A stretch of DNA of 64,000 nt, from NCBI GenBank assembly GCA_047495785.1, contig JBLDXI010000021.1, positions 1 to 64,000 on the forward strand, read 5' to 3'. Below, in pieces: positions 36,593 through 50,379 of this stretch. The notes beneath the pieces are model-generated. The model was not told where the DNA came from. It was given only the letters and a program-made list of their open reading frames with translations, and did not search any database. Origin of the DNA: Lepidodermella squamata (lineage: Eukaryota > Animalia > Gastrotricha). A program made the position numbers and the translations under genes. Each line of letters starts with the position of its first letter. The stretch's first letter is position 1.

Positions 36593-38997
36593 TTTTCGTG
36601 AAAAAAACTTAATTTCTACCAGAAGTGATTAATAAAATGTTTTAATAGCTTGAACAGGGCTATTTTCGAGGTCGATGCGTTTTTAAATGCAAGCAGGCTT
36701 AATCCGCTAAAAAACGTGCGCGCGAAGGTGTTGCCAGAGGAATCTTGATGTAATCTTTTTTACATGCAGTCTGCGGAATGTGCGGTAAAATTCTTACAAT
36801 TTTTCGTGCTTTCAATGATATTATAAAAGAGTGCGTCGGTCAAAAACTTGAATCCAAAAATATGAAGCTATTCGAACTTTATAAAAAGGATTAAGGCTAT
36901 GAGGATATGACGCAAAATTTCTCAAGAATTTGGGCGAATTTTTTAAAAATTGGGCTAAAACACCGCTTTTTATACCTAACTAACGCACCTTTGCTACGTC
37001 TCATCGATGAACGTCATTAACGTTCCTATTTCGCGGCCCTCGAGTTATACTAATGTTCGGAGAGTGGAGCCAAATTTAGCGCCACTTCAACAAGGATTAC
37101 TCTTCATTTCATTTTTTCATCGCAAAAAAATTGTCTGTTGAACACCACTCAATCAGACGGCGGAGAGGTACTTGGTGACGTCAATCGGCGTATAAGCGGT
37201 TCGATCGAAATCTAAAAATTTCATTCACGGATTTTTCGGGCCGGCGTAATTGGGCCGATTGTATCGCCAGCTGCGACGTCACAGGCTGTCGGGCGAGACA
37301 CTTGGTGACGCGCTCAACCTCGATCCGTGCTGCCGTGGGTTTTTCTAATGCTCCCGCCGCTTTCTAGTACGAGGGTCCGGGAGCTTAGGAATAGTCAATT
37401 TTACGCATCAACGAATATCGCGGTTTTTTGTACAAGGTGGTTTGAAAAAATTGGATCACGTGAATCATCATATATATTCAGCCCACTTGAGGTTAATTTT
37501 AGTTTGAAAATTCATCTTCAGCCCTAAAAATAAACGTCCTACCACTAATTTTAACGGCACTTGTCAATTTTCAGTGATATCCCCCGCGGCACTCTTGATG
37601 TCGGTTTTATTGTACCAGCCTTCCTATCCGAACAGCGACAAATGCTTCAACTGAAATGGCGGAAAATTACTTGAATATCAGAGGTTTGACACCAAGAAAT
37701 AACGAAATTTCCCGCAGCAAAAATGCGAGCAGTTTCCTATAAAGCCGAAAACAGTTGTTGTTCAGATCAATTAAACAGGACTTTTAATCCATATTTTACA
37801 GTAACGATATGGGAAAAACCTTGCCAAGCCTCAAATTAAAGGCTACAAAATGACTACCTGAATGTTAAGATTTACTGATAATGCTCCGAAATGAATGTGG
37901 GGTTCCGATTGCTGAGCCCATAAACCTAAAAATGTCACGCACGAGCAGCAGTAGCCGATTGACTGATTTCAGTCTCGACATCAGTGCGGACAATTAATCT
38001 CGGCTTCCGGAGACTCCTTTTCCTATTCCTTAGATATCGTTTACTTGTATAATACCCCGCTATTAGTTGCGAACTTATATTGGACTTACCCCGCGTTTCT
38101 CTGCCTACGTCCTAGGTACCCAGGAATAGCCTAATTCAGGCTTTTTTCAAGGATTCCGGGCCGCGGAATTCTAACTGATCTGCTCCTGGTTGAGCGTAAA
38201 TAAGATGCCCGTTAAGTTTAACACCTATTATCAGTAAGCCCACCAAAAGTGAAATAAATATAATGAATTTCTCTTGAAAGTTTTCAATTTTCAATTTGAT
38301 TATTAAATCATTAATTGATTTAATAATAATTTATTATTATGCAAACCTGAAATAAATCGGATTTATAACTAATAAGCAACATAACTATAAATATTAAATA
38401 AGGATTCTAGTGATATTAATTAAGTGAAACGCAAGGACTGCTCTTTCCGTTTTGCATGCATATAGCCCGCGGTCAGAAATGACTCACAATCAGAGCATCT
38501 CTTATTGTTTCCGGTTTCCTGTTTCCTGTTTCCTTTTCCTGTGCCCTGATTTTTGGTAGCTGGAACCATTTTTTCTCTCGTGATTTCTCATAATTAATAA
38601 GTAAAGATATGCCATTTCAATTTTATATGATTAGTAACCTGTCTCAGGCATTATCAACGAACCAGTTTTATTCAATATACAAAAACGAGAATTTTACCCA
38701 GTATAACAGCCTCTTGTTTTTTCGAACAAGAAACAAAAAACATCTCATCGTCTAGGATCTACAGATGATGAGATAACGAGTCATGTCTTAGTACTGAACA
38801 CTGGCATCTGCCAAGGCCACGAATTCATTCATTTTATGAAAAAATGCACAGGCTCCAAAGCACTTATGAAAATTACTGAAAATTAATTTTACAGGAACAC
38901 GTAAAATCAGCAATTTTTATTTCCTTCGAGAACTTGAATACAATCAACAAAAATAATTATATAGCCGGTCAAAAATCCGTTTTTTCCCAAATTTATA

Positions 38998-40909
38998 TCA
39001 TCGGAATTCCAAAACTGCTTGCCGCAGCATTGATTTGATATTTTCATCGTCAACAAGGTCGTAGGCCCGGCTGTTGTTATCCGTGATTAAAAACGGATCC
39101 GCGCCATTTGCTAGTAACAGCCGGACAATATCAGCGCGTCGTTCAAAGGCGGCGACCATTAGGGCGGTCCAGCCGCGGCCCAGCTCGACAGTCGCGTTGT
39201 GAATCGCACTCCACATGCGGACACTCGCCACGCTTTGCAGGTTCAACTCGGCGCCGCTTTCGATCAGGAATTTAACCACATCGGTTTTGCCGCAAAATGA
39301 CGCTGCCATCAACGGCGAAACTCCGTTCATGTTTCGATGGTCGATTTTCGAACCGCGGGATAGCAATAGGCGGGCGACTTCCAAACAGCCGTAGTAGGCG
39401 GCCTTGTGGAGCGAAGCCTCGCCAATGGCATCGCAGTGATTCGGGTCGGCGCCGTGGTCGAGAAGGTATTTAGTTATAGCGACTTGATTATTTTCAGCCG
39501 CGTACATCACCGGTGTGACATTTTCGTTATTTACGCGGTGAATATTCGCGCCATGTTCGACTAGATACCTGAAAAATATTTGAGCTCCAGTTGAATTGTT
39601 ATAAAATAAATGTTGCAGAATTCCCAATTGAGATGAGAACGGACAATAGGCCTCTACAACCTGGAATGTTCGAAAAATCCGGAATATTCTCGATTTTTAA
39701 GCCGGACAGATTTTCGGTTTTAATAGGAATATATTTCAATCCTATAATCAAGCCCTGTAAGATCCTATAGGATCCTTGGCAACCTGATACTCTCAGGTGA
39801 AGAAGGGAGAATTTCCAAAGCTGACCGTTAATTTAAAAAAAATCATCGATTTGCAAAATCGATACTTAACATCTCTATTGTCTCGATGACGTTCAACGCC
39901 TCGTTAACTGAGCGTGAAATCGAATGGTGCGCGCAATAATTAGATCTATCGTTTAGGCATAATACAATTAAAAAAAATGAGACCCAAAGGAAGACGTGAA
40001 GCAATATATTGGAGAATTTAGTGCTAGAACCTTGGATTTAAATTGCTAAAAATTGGCAATATTTTTTTAAATTATTCTAAATTATTTGAAGATTATTTAC
40101 TGGACAATGCCTTGATGGCCATAAAAGGCAGCTTCAAATAGAGCTGTTTCGCCGTCTTCATTGGCCATATTGACGTTGGCGCCTCGAAGCACCAGCTCTT
40201 TAGTGATATCGAAGTGTCCGAATTGCGAGGCGAACAGAAGCGGCGAAGATAGACACGCGTCCTGAAAATTAGGATCGGCGCCCTCTGTAATCAGGGTCTT
40301 CACAGCTTCGAGATCGCCTCGCCTCACAGCATCGATTAGCTGCATGCCGTTAGCTTCGACATGGGGGTAAATGCCGCTAGATGCCTGGTGGAAAAATCGG
40401 TCAAAAAAGTATTAATCCAGGATTTAAAGTTTACCCTAGCTAGAATTGGTCGGCTATTTTCAGGTTTTGGTTTCGATGTTAGCAAATCGATTTTCTGTGT
40501 GGATAAAGATTACTGGAGCTTATAGTAGGGCGGCAAAAAATTTACCGCTTGCAACGCCGAATTTTCCGCCTTAAGCTCAAAAATTTTTGTCTCGTATTCT
40601 CGCTAAAACCGATGAAATTAAAAAATTTCGAAGTTAAGCGATCAACTCTTTATACCTTTATACCGGTCAATTTTCGATCGACTTCTGCGGAAAGTGTCTA
40701 TAAAATAGCATTAAAATTATGTATGGAAATTAATCATCTAGAACCTGTGCAAAATTGTCTATTTGATTGGCTAATTCTAAGCGCGTCAGCTCCAACTTCT
40801 CACCGAGCTGTAAAAATATCATTAAAAATGAATTGGCAAAATTATTTTAAAATAAAATCAAACTTCTGACTGGGCCGCTATCGGGGATCGCGTTAACGCC
40901 ATTGTTCAT
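38998..40909 (-). CDS. Small ankyrin-repeat protein, about 297 aa, about 7 repeats; exons 40909-40871 (tentative), 40384-40101, 39568-38998
   Basis: SPLLFASQFGH, TALFEAAFYGH, TPVMYAA, SLHKAAYYG, SPLMAASFCG, TALMVAA. Splice phases match; the first exon is less certain. Confidence 0.85.
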
Positions 40910-41863
40910 CTGAAGAATGGGAGGTGATAAATATTCTGAAACGACTATGAAGCGAAAGGGGAATGACGAATGGTATAGGTTGCGGAAAATTGATTACAAA
41001 TAAAAGATTGCCGAAATCAATGGGTTTGCCTGTTCCGGCTGCTTCTGGCTCCTTATCACTCTGTGGCAGAATTAATTGGCAGATAAATCCGAGGGCCTGT
41101 AATATTAAAATTGCTGGCGTCGATGATAAAAAAAGGGTGCCAAATAGTGTTATTCGAACTAAAAGGCTGTAATACTACCATGCACTCGTCGCGTAAGATA
41201 ATTTTTTGTCTGACTTCAGGTCGTACGCCTGCCTATTCATGTTTTTCCGTAATAAAATAAAATATTACGAGTAATTGAGAATAAATGAATTATTTGCTAA
41301 TTTTTTTTACTGAACAAACTGAATTTCGCCAACCGCTACCACATATACCGGCAATGTTCTAATGAATAAGCTAAGCTAAGCTTTATATCGGATTTTTCAA
41401 TCTCGAAATGGATAATATTCTTAGAATTTCGGTAGAAATTTCGATTCAAAATATGATGCGAATCTAAAAAGAATCTGCAGTGATTTTATGAAAAAAAACT
41501 TGAATGGTTGTATTTTTGGAAAAATAATGATTAACCGAAATTGATTTTTTGATGCCAGATTCAAGATTTAACGCTGAACTTGCGAATTAGAAAAGTCAGA
41601 TAAAGATGAACCCTTTCATTGGAACATTCCCGCGTCAATACTTGGCTTAAACAAAGCTCTCAGGCTGAAATCAGCTGAGCAAAGAAGAAAGAAAGAATCT
41701 TCCCCCCTGTGATTTGGAAATTTCGCAATGTTACCGAGAAAAACGCACACTGATTCGGCGATAAAAACAAGTTTTACTTCGAGACATTAGTTATTAAAAT
41801 CAAGCCACATCGGCATTATTTCTTGCACATCAGAAATGTATTGTTCATGGTATCGTTTGATTT

Positions 41864-44800
41864 TCACATTTCGACAAAAGTTGGCGCCGATAAAATTCCG
41901 CACGTGTTCGACGAAGCGTCGATCAGCATGTAGCCATTCAAGCCCCATTCGTCCGAGAACGAATTTTCGACCAACAAGTAATCATGGCCATTCAGATCAC
42001 CATAACCTACGACAACGGCGGCATGGTTCACATCGCTTGGGTTCGATCGGCAATTAGGCTCAGTGTAAACACCACTATAATAAAATGTATAGTAACATTT
42101 CGCGATTTTTTGGCAAATATTTTAATACCTTGAGTAGAAGAAGAAAGACTTGTGAGCAGCGTCGAACATAACAGCAACCGGGCCGTTGTAAGCAACCGCA
42201 TGTTTCAACTCATTGACATCATTTCCAACCAACACCCATCCTTAAAAATTTCAATAAAAAAATTGGAAAATTAAATCATTTTTTTTTACGTTTAATTTTG
42301 GCTGAAACCGGAGCATCGCGCTTGCACTCCTTTTTCCGGTTGGTTAGCGGGCCGTAAGCGATTTCTGACGCAATACCGTTTTTCAGGACGTACTCGTAAG
42401 CCTGCCACGGGGTGCCTGTACGACACTCGTGATTGCCGGTTTCGTCACCGCAGTCGAGCAATTCCTGGGACGCGAGTTCGATGAGGCGATTCGAGCGCAG
42501 GTAGTAGGCGGATTCGATGACGCGCGTCGCCGCGATCGCCCAGTCACTGCCGCACTCGGCCTGATCGACGACGGGCGACACGCCGCCGAATAGCCGGAAG
42601 TCGATGGTTTTCGGCAGCTGGTAAACGCCGCGAGAGTTATGCTGAGCAGGGTCGAATGCAACGGCGTGATCGGATGAAGTCACCTTGAAAAAAATAGAAC
42701 GATCAAGCTAATAGAAAGCTAATTAAAAAGGCTAATAATACGTGTCCTGTAATAGTAACAAAAATACAGAAAAACAAAACAAAAAACCACAGGAAAAGGA
42801 TAAGGAAGTAAAAAATGAAGGATGAAAAGTCACATGACAAGAAATATTTTAGAAAAACTTCAGCAACCATGAGTATATCACTTGTCAATGCAATTTAAAA
42901 AACCGAAGAAATTAGGTCAAAGCGGGTAAATGTGGAAAATTACCGAATTACACACGTGAACAACAGTCCAGTAAAAAAGGTCGGTCACTATATACAAGGC
43001 CACGTATATATAAAATCCCTCAAAAATGTAATCCGTTTTCATGGATTTTTAACACCTATTGATTCCTCTGTGTAAAAAACGTTCCTTTCAAATTAATAAT
43101 TTAATTCGGTGACCCAAGACCTCAAATGCTTTAGGGGCAATTATGAAGAGAGAGTTCCTAAGTTCACCAAATACTGGTCCCTTTATGCAGCCCGAAATCA
43201 AGCGATATTCGATATTCGAGATGAACAATGAAACGAAAGAAGGTCTTATCAAAATTAAAAAAAGTGAGATGTTACTAGTGCTCGCCCCTAAGAGCTCGGA
43301 TTCAAGCTCGTGTCGCTTTCAAGGTGATAATGACAGGTGTCTATTTCTGCCTTCACAACAGAACAGCGCTAACCCCACATATTTCTTGCTATTTAGAGTC
43401 ACGCCAACGCTCACATACCAACAAAACCGAGATTATAGGCAGCGAAATATATGAAAAAAACACGTGTCGTAGACTGACACCAACTAAAGCTCAGACTGTT
43501 CTCGGTAATCCCACCGCAAAAAAATTCATCTAGAACAAAATAGAACATAAACATCGTGGTTTGAAATTAAAACACTACCCTATATCAACCTTTGTTTCCA
43601 TCTCTCAATAAAAGCCTTATAGGGCAGCTAATTTTAGATTCGTGACCTAAGCATCTGCCCTGTAAGTAGGACATCAAATCAGCAAAGGCGACAAATCAGA
43701 AAGCGACAAAACAGCAATAAAAGTGTCAAGATATTATTAAACTAATACCTAACATAAAACGCCTAAATCCTAATAATTTTTTCGCTTTTGCTGGTGAAAG
43801 CCAAGAGTTAAATGGCTTTCCTTTTGGCAAGCAAATTCTAAGCCACTCAAATACATTGGAAAAAATGCGGAAAATTAGCAATCTTGTCAAGAAAATTTTT
43901 GAATGCTGCGGTAACAGGCAATGAAGAATTTTCCTGGCTAATTTTGAGGAGATTTGAAATCCACAGTATTCCGAGGGAATTGGGACTGGCTGATTGGACT
44001 ACTAATCTTGAAGCCAAATCTTAACCTTCATCTAACAAATTTCATAAATAGCAGAAGAATATTAGTCGATTTTTTAATCAATTTGAACAAAGTGCTCTTT
44101 AAACCTGGGTTTCCTACCTTTCCGACGCCTCGAACACCAAGCAACTTCCTCAGCTCGTCGTTATTGCGATCAGCCAGCTTATTCAACCTGAGTCGATACG
44201 TCAAACCAGCACGGTTCAGGAAGTTGATGAAGCGATAGTTGTGGCAAAACGCAGCTCGCCGCATCGGAAGTTCTTCCTCGTCGTACTTGCGATTGTAGCG
44301 CTTCTGAAACCACTCGAACAGCTTATCAACCTCAGCCTCATAGGCCAAATGCTGATCAGGGTCGACGAGAGCTGCCAACGGGTTCATATCCAAGCGTTCA
44401 CGTTCGACCTCCAACCGAGCTGGATGACGCTTCTCGGCCTGGTTCTTGTCGTCCTCCGTCTTGTTCTTACTCACGTCCTCTTCGAATTGATTGAGACCAG
44501 TCAGCGAACGGCATTCGACCTCGACAGGCTTAGCAAACACGTCTTCGCCGAGTTCAGTCGCGAAAAAGTACTTGAAATCAATGAGGTAGTGATCGACGAC
44601 CTTGTCCAGCTTTTTCGATTTGACGAAAGATTCAAATCGGACTGGCTTCTTCGTCTCAGGCTCGGTGAATAGCCAGAACGTGGTTTCAGTGTCGCGATTT
44701 TCGGCCTTCAACTCGAGTTTCCAGTGGTCGAAAGTCTTGTCCTTCAGCTTTTTCTCGCCAACCTTCTCGAATTTCTCCAGGTCTGGAATGGCTTTCAGGG

Positions 44801-45323
44801 CTTTGACAGGCTTCTCGTGACTGCCTCGCATTTCAACGCAAACCGCCTTCTCAGACGGCAATTCAGCCGATGGAAATTCGATTCGGTACAGCCGGTTGAG
44901 TTTTCCGAGTTGAAGCGACCGAACGAGACCCTTCCCGCCCAGATCTACCCGGCTCCTCTCCGCATGTCCGTCGTAGAACAGCGTGAAGGGTTCGGTGACG
45001 TTGTCGAAAATCAGCTTCACGGAACCGACAGCGACGTAGGACTTGAAAAGGTTGTACGATTTTGTTTTCTTCTCAGCCTCTTCCTCGTGCTGCTTCCAGT
45101 CTTCCGGGTTTTCTTTGTGGAAAGACGGGAATTGTTCGAGCCGTTCTTCCGTAGCTTCGGTCAGTGTTTCGAAGCCGAGTTTCTTCTCGATAAGCCATTT
45201 CGGGACGATGCGCATCTCTTCGGGCCGGATGAGGATGACTGAATCTTGCGACATTGCTTGGCCGCTTGATAACTTGCCATTGCTGGCTAAAATAGCAACA
45301 ATAAATAGTAATAAAACTGACAT
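41864..45323 (-). CDS. Secreted 26/29-kDa-proteinase-like papain-family (C1A) protein with catalytic Cys replaced by Asp, about 640 aa; exons 45323-44118, 42683-42290, 42240-42129, 42074-41864
   Basis: Signal peptide; long N-terminal domain; I29-type propeptide (LFEWFQKRYNRKY...RRAAFCHNYRFI...LNKLAD); LPKTIDFR; DQAECGSDW; SQELLDC; GPVAV; FFFYSSGVY; VNHAAVVVGYG; ENSF...WGLNGYM; NTCGI. Confidence 0.9.
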
Positions 45324-46468
45324 GTTTTTAAGCTAATTGAGTGTGAAATAGTAAATTTTCAATCGCTGAAAATGCTTAAATACTCAATATGTTGGCTATA
45401 TGACGTAGTGATTTGTTATATGATTACGCTTTCAAGCAACGCCATTTCCTAATTGGAGATTTCTGGAAATTCAAATGCCAGGGCAGAATTGTTAATGATT
45501 TAAAATTTGAGAAATTCATTCAATGCAATCACGAGAAAAATTTCTCTCTCAAATTCACAGCGTTAAAAAATCAGAAGCGGAACCAAATTTGCCTGTAGAC
45601 CAAATCTGCGTGCCGTGGAACTTAATTTTAGATGGGCAAAAGGTCGCTTTTCGAATATTTCTACGAAATTAAAGCAATGTAGGAATTTTGTAGTGAAGAG
45701 TGCGTCTTGGACAGAATTTTACGCTGAATTTATAAAGACGATTTATTTAAATTATGCTGTTCAATCACAACATCCTTCAAAGTTTCGAAAAGTGGTTTTT
45801 GGCCATCATTGAAAATTCCGAAATTTAGTTCGGGAACAGCCAAATTTGGTTCCACTTTTTGGTAAGACTGGTTCCAAATTTTGGTTCCAATTTGATATGA
45901 CCCTTAAAAAATTATCGCAGCAAAAATTTTCAAAGCAGATGGAGGGCTTCGCCTATGCGAAGAAAATGACACAGAATTTCTAGTAAAATCGTAAAATATA
46001 TTGGAAAAATTTGAAAATTCTTTTTTTGCGTTGCACGTGATAGTGGACAGAATTTCCGCAAGTTCGTCTTTCGAAAAATTCTCGAATTAAATTTAAAAAA
46101 ACTCACCTTTTCAACGAATTTTTGTCGCGTGAAATTGAATTAAAAGTTGGTGGACGAAACAGCGAAAATCAATTTCTATTGAGGGAGGTCAATCGAGTAT
46201 GAATAAATTTCATTCCGAACTGATAATCCACCTATAAACATAAGTTAAAGGTGAGAAAGGCCACGATGCGATCGAAAAATCGAGATATTTTTATTTCAGT
46301 GTGAGATACAATAAATTTGGCGTTTTAACCTGGAAACCGACGACATTATAAGTCTGCCACTCACGAAAATAGATGATGCCCGTATCTGGGTCAGGTCAAT
46401 TGATAACAACGCACCGCCTGTCGGTCTGCCGTGTGTACACAGCTATAGACATTTTTCTAGGTTAAAAG

Positions 46469-47308
46469 TTAGCTCTTGTCACCCTCATCAATGATTTTAT
46501 TTTCACTACTATTATGACTGCTTCGTTTTATGAGATGCCGCTTCAATTCTCTCAGGCCTTCAAACTGCTCGTCGCACTCCGGGCATTTGTACGGCTTTTC
46601 CGACCCGGCAATAATGATGTTATTCCCATTCAATTGATGGGAAGCTCGGTGGTATAGACATGTTGATCTGTTAGAAAAACGAGCCGGGCAAATCGTGCAA
46701 GCAAATGATTGAATGCCAATGTGGGCAAGTTCGTGGTGGCGAAAATTGCGGCGATCACGAAATACTCGGCCGCATTTACCGCAGGTAAACGTGGCCCCAA
46801 CACCATGTTGAAGTCTGCCGTGGGCCTTCAACTCACGCTGGTTTTTGAAAACCAGACGGCAAACTGCACATTGAAAATTTGCAATAATCATATTGTGAAT
46901 AGGGTTAGTAGAGGGTGAATCAATAGTTTCATTTGAAACATTTTCGGATGAAGAACTCGGCTGAGAAGATGACGCGGTCATGTTAGCAAACCACGGATGT
47001 TGGAATAACGAGAATTGCGGTGGTAAAGCACCGACCTCAGGTACCAATCTGTAATTATAGGAAGAGAAATAATTTTAATATGACTGACGAGGAAAATTGA
47101 TTTACTGTGAATCGCGGGTATTTTTCGTTGATAAATCAAGAACAGTTTCGTGTCCGTTAGCAACGAGAGATGTACTTTTACTGCCCATGGTAAGATCCAG
47201 CGTTGATGATTGTTGCTGATCTAGTTCCCAAAACTTCTTCAGCAATAACGGATAGGCCATTTTCAGAATATCGAGGTTCGGTTCGAGAGAATTCAACGCA
47301 GGAATCAT
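46469..47308 (-). CDS. C2H2 zinc-finger protein ZF-A, about 260 aa (3 canonical fingers plus 1 degenerate); exons 47308-47106, 47048-46469
   Basis: CAVC..H..H, CGKC..H..H, CTIC..H..H, EKPYKCPEC. N-terminal TLDLT and VLDLS motifs. 57-nt phase-2 intron. Confidence 0.85.
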
Positions 47309-48075
47309 TTTAAAAAATCAGCAAAATTATTTAAACTCTAAAATCATATAATTTAAGGTGGACTTTTTATTAAGAAAAGGAAGGTTTATTTTAAGCATTC
47401 CTGCTATCATTACACATCCGTTTTTATGTATTGATGACCTCGTAAAAGTCAACACGTGGCCACGTCCTGATTGCCTGCCGCGTTGTTATTGTTATTGAAT
47501 TTTTGGTAGCGCGGTTAACCTGAAAATCTGCCATGTATGCACGGGCGCGTGCCTGGTGGAATAAACACCCGACAAATTGCGCAACACTTCGTTCGTGTTG
47601 TTATTTTGGTACCGGCCAGCGCAATTAGACCGCCGCAATATCGAAAACACGAATCGCAAAAACTCAAGAGAAAATTAGAAAAGCCACGCGCGAGGCGAAC
47701 TTTCGACAATGCAAGTTTATTGGCAATATATGAACAACAGCAATCAATTCACGAGAACGGCGAAGTTTAACAAAACTTGATTAATTAAAGTATATACAGA
47801 AGGCCTTGACAAATATAATGAGAGCTAGTGGTGAATATGCAAATTTTACACAGATAATGAGCAGTAAATAGCGAGTATTTGGGTGATATCATTTTCTTGA
47901 GAACGACGCGATAATATACACAATTTGAGCATTGAAGCAAACCAACTTGAAAAAATATGAAAATTTTCCTGGGAAAACCCAGGTTTACAATCAAAAACCG
48001 GGGATTTCATGCATCCAAATTTTGAAGGTTGAAATTTCATAAGCAGATATATACAAATCGAGAAACATCGAGTTT

Positions 48076-49504
48076 TTAAAAGTCGTCGTCGATTTCAATA
48101 GGCACGGCGTTGTCGGTAGAGGTCTGAAAATAAATTAACAAATTAATTAAAGTCTGGCAGAAAATAACGCAACTAACCAAAAACTGCACGTGGCCGATGT
48201 TGTGCCGCGGGTTTGACAGGTTTAAAACGTCGTTTTCATCGCAGTTCGGTTGCGGCTCTTCAGAGATGCAGCTCGACGACGACGACGAATTGGTCGCTGA
48301 ATCAGTGTCGTGGCAGATGACGTAGTGCTCCTCCAACTCGTCGATAGTCGCGAATTTTTCAAAGCAGAAATAGCAAGCGACTGGCGGCTGCGGGTGGAAA
48401 GCGATCATGTGCGAGTCGTAGGCGGCTGAAGTCGTGAAACGGAAGCCGCACTGATCGCAGGTCGGCACCGTAGCCATCAGCGATTGCGAGGCAGCTGGGC
48501 CGGCGCTGGTTGACGGTCGCTCGGTCGGTTCATCGTGTTTACGCAGCTCAGAAGCGGCGGATTTCGAACGAGGGCGGCCGCGTTGCGATCGGCGAGCCGT
48601 GCCGCGGCGTTTATTAGTACCGGCGACCAGGTGAAAGCGAACGTGGCGGTTGAGTGCTGATTGGTGGACGAATCGCTGCTTGCAGAACGAACAGCCCAGT
48701 GGACGGTTTGCAACGCGATTACGCGGCTCGCTTTCAGCCTGAATTTCGCAAAAAAATGTAATAATTCAGTAAAAATTCATTTGAAATGCAAGATTCACTG
48801 AGATGAACAATGATCAACATATGATAATTATTCAAAATTAGCTTGAAATTGTTAGAAAAGTCATTTTTAATTAAAAATTAATTTTAAAATTTTAAAAGAA
48901 TTCAAAATTTAATTTAATTTAAATTCAAATTTTAAAATTGAAAATTAAACAAAAATTGTAAAAATGATGATGTTCGCTTTTCCAGGACAACTTTTTCCAG
49001 AACAAGTAAACAAGTACGAAGAATAAATATTAAAAAAAAACCCAGGATTTTTTTGTCTCAACTTCCTCAGATCAATGTACATTATTTGGTGAATTTGCGC
49101 GAGAATGAATAAATAATTACCTGTACTGGCTTAGGATGAGCGGCTTCGATGTGTTGATCCAGCAGCACTTTTCGGGCAAATCGCGCGAAACACGTCGAGC
49201 ATTCGTAGGTTCTGTTATCGCCATGCATCTGGCGATCGTGTTCGTACCATTCGCCGAAATCGGGAAACGCCGGCCGCGGGGACGGGCAACGCTCGCAGCG
49301 GAACAACAGATCGTCGTCGAGCCGGCGACCGCGGTGTCGCGGCGGCGAGTGGTCGCCCTGGTCAAGGCCCGTCAGGTCGATTGGTTCGCTCTGCTCGACG
49401 AAATTAGCCGCCTCGACTAGGATGTCCATCAACGAGCTCGGCGTGGAGAGTGGCGAGACCAGAGGCGGTGGTTCGACTGGCGTAGATGGCGAAACGACGT
49501 TCAT
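48076..49504 (-). CDS. C2H2 zinc-finger protein ZF-B (5 fingers plus AT-hook); exons ?-49121, 48738-48178, 48123-48076; true start uncertain (possible extra exon 50222-50194)
   Basis: CERC, CSTC, CSFC, CDQC and CYFC fingers; QRGRPRSK AT-hook; EPIDLT motif. The start of the middle exon is in frame with track ORF 48076..48477. Confidence 0.8.
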
Positions 49505-50379
49505 GTCCGAAATCGACGCCGAGACCGTGACAGCCGGCGGTTGCCAGTTGAGGCTGAAAGTTCCCAAATCGCCATTGACAGACGAACTCTGATACAACCA
49601 AATAAAAAAATAATAGGTAAATAAATTTAAAAATTTAAAATAAAATGAGATGAAAAATGGCGGGCCATTCTAAATTTAAAATTCAAGCACTAGATTTTCC
49701 TAAAATATGGTTTTCGACCTCACATCTTCCCTAAAATCTGATTTTTTTGTGGTTGATTTTCAAATCAAATTGGAAAAATGTAGAGCCTAGACGTCCAGCT
49801 TCAGAGCTAGAACGTCCAAAAGTGGTGCTTGAAATCTTTCGACCCAAAATAGCATATGAATTCACGTACTTAAACGAAAAGCAGAACAAATTTCGGGTCA
49901 AAAAAACGCAGATTTATCGCGTGAAGCAACAAAAAAACTATTCGGCCTTAAATTAAAAAATGTGACAGACAAATAACAAATTTCGAAGCGGCGGCTGCGC
50001 AGTGAAGTAGAAAAAAACGTTAAAACAAACCACGTGATTAGACTGGCGGCTGAGATCATTCCAGGGCATTACAATAGGCTGGCCAGTGGCCGCAAGTGCG
50101 AAAACGTTCGAGTTGGAAGACACCGACGCAACCTAGAAAAAAGAGACAAATAAACCACAATTCTGGGGGTCATCGTACTAAAAAAAAAATCACCTCGTGA
50201 GCAGTGTGTGGAAGACGTCCATGGGTCATCACGAATTGATAACGCACCATATCGAGAAACGAAAGCATTGATATTCAGCGGGCGAGAAAAAAACAACAAT
50301 AAAAACACTAAAAATTAACAAAAAATATTTATTAATACATTTTATTTACATTATATAATACAATAATTTGAGGAGATTT

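Noticed and set aside
44241-45336. Several plus-strand ORFs overlapping the protease gene (similar ones overlap the P450s and zinc-finger genes)
   Set aside because: Antisense shadows of GC-richer coding exons with no independent motifs.
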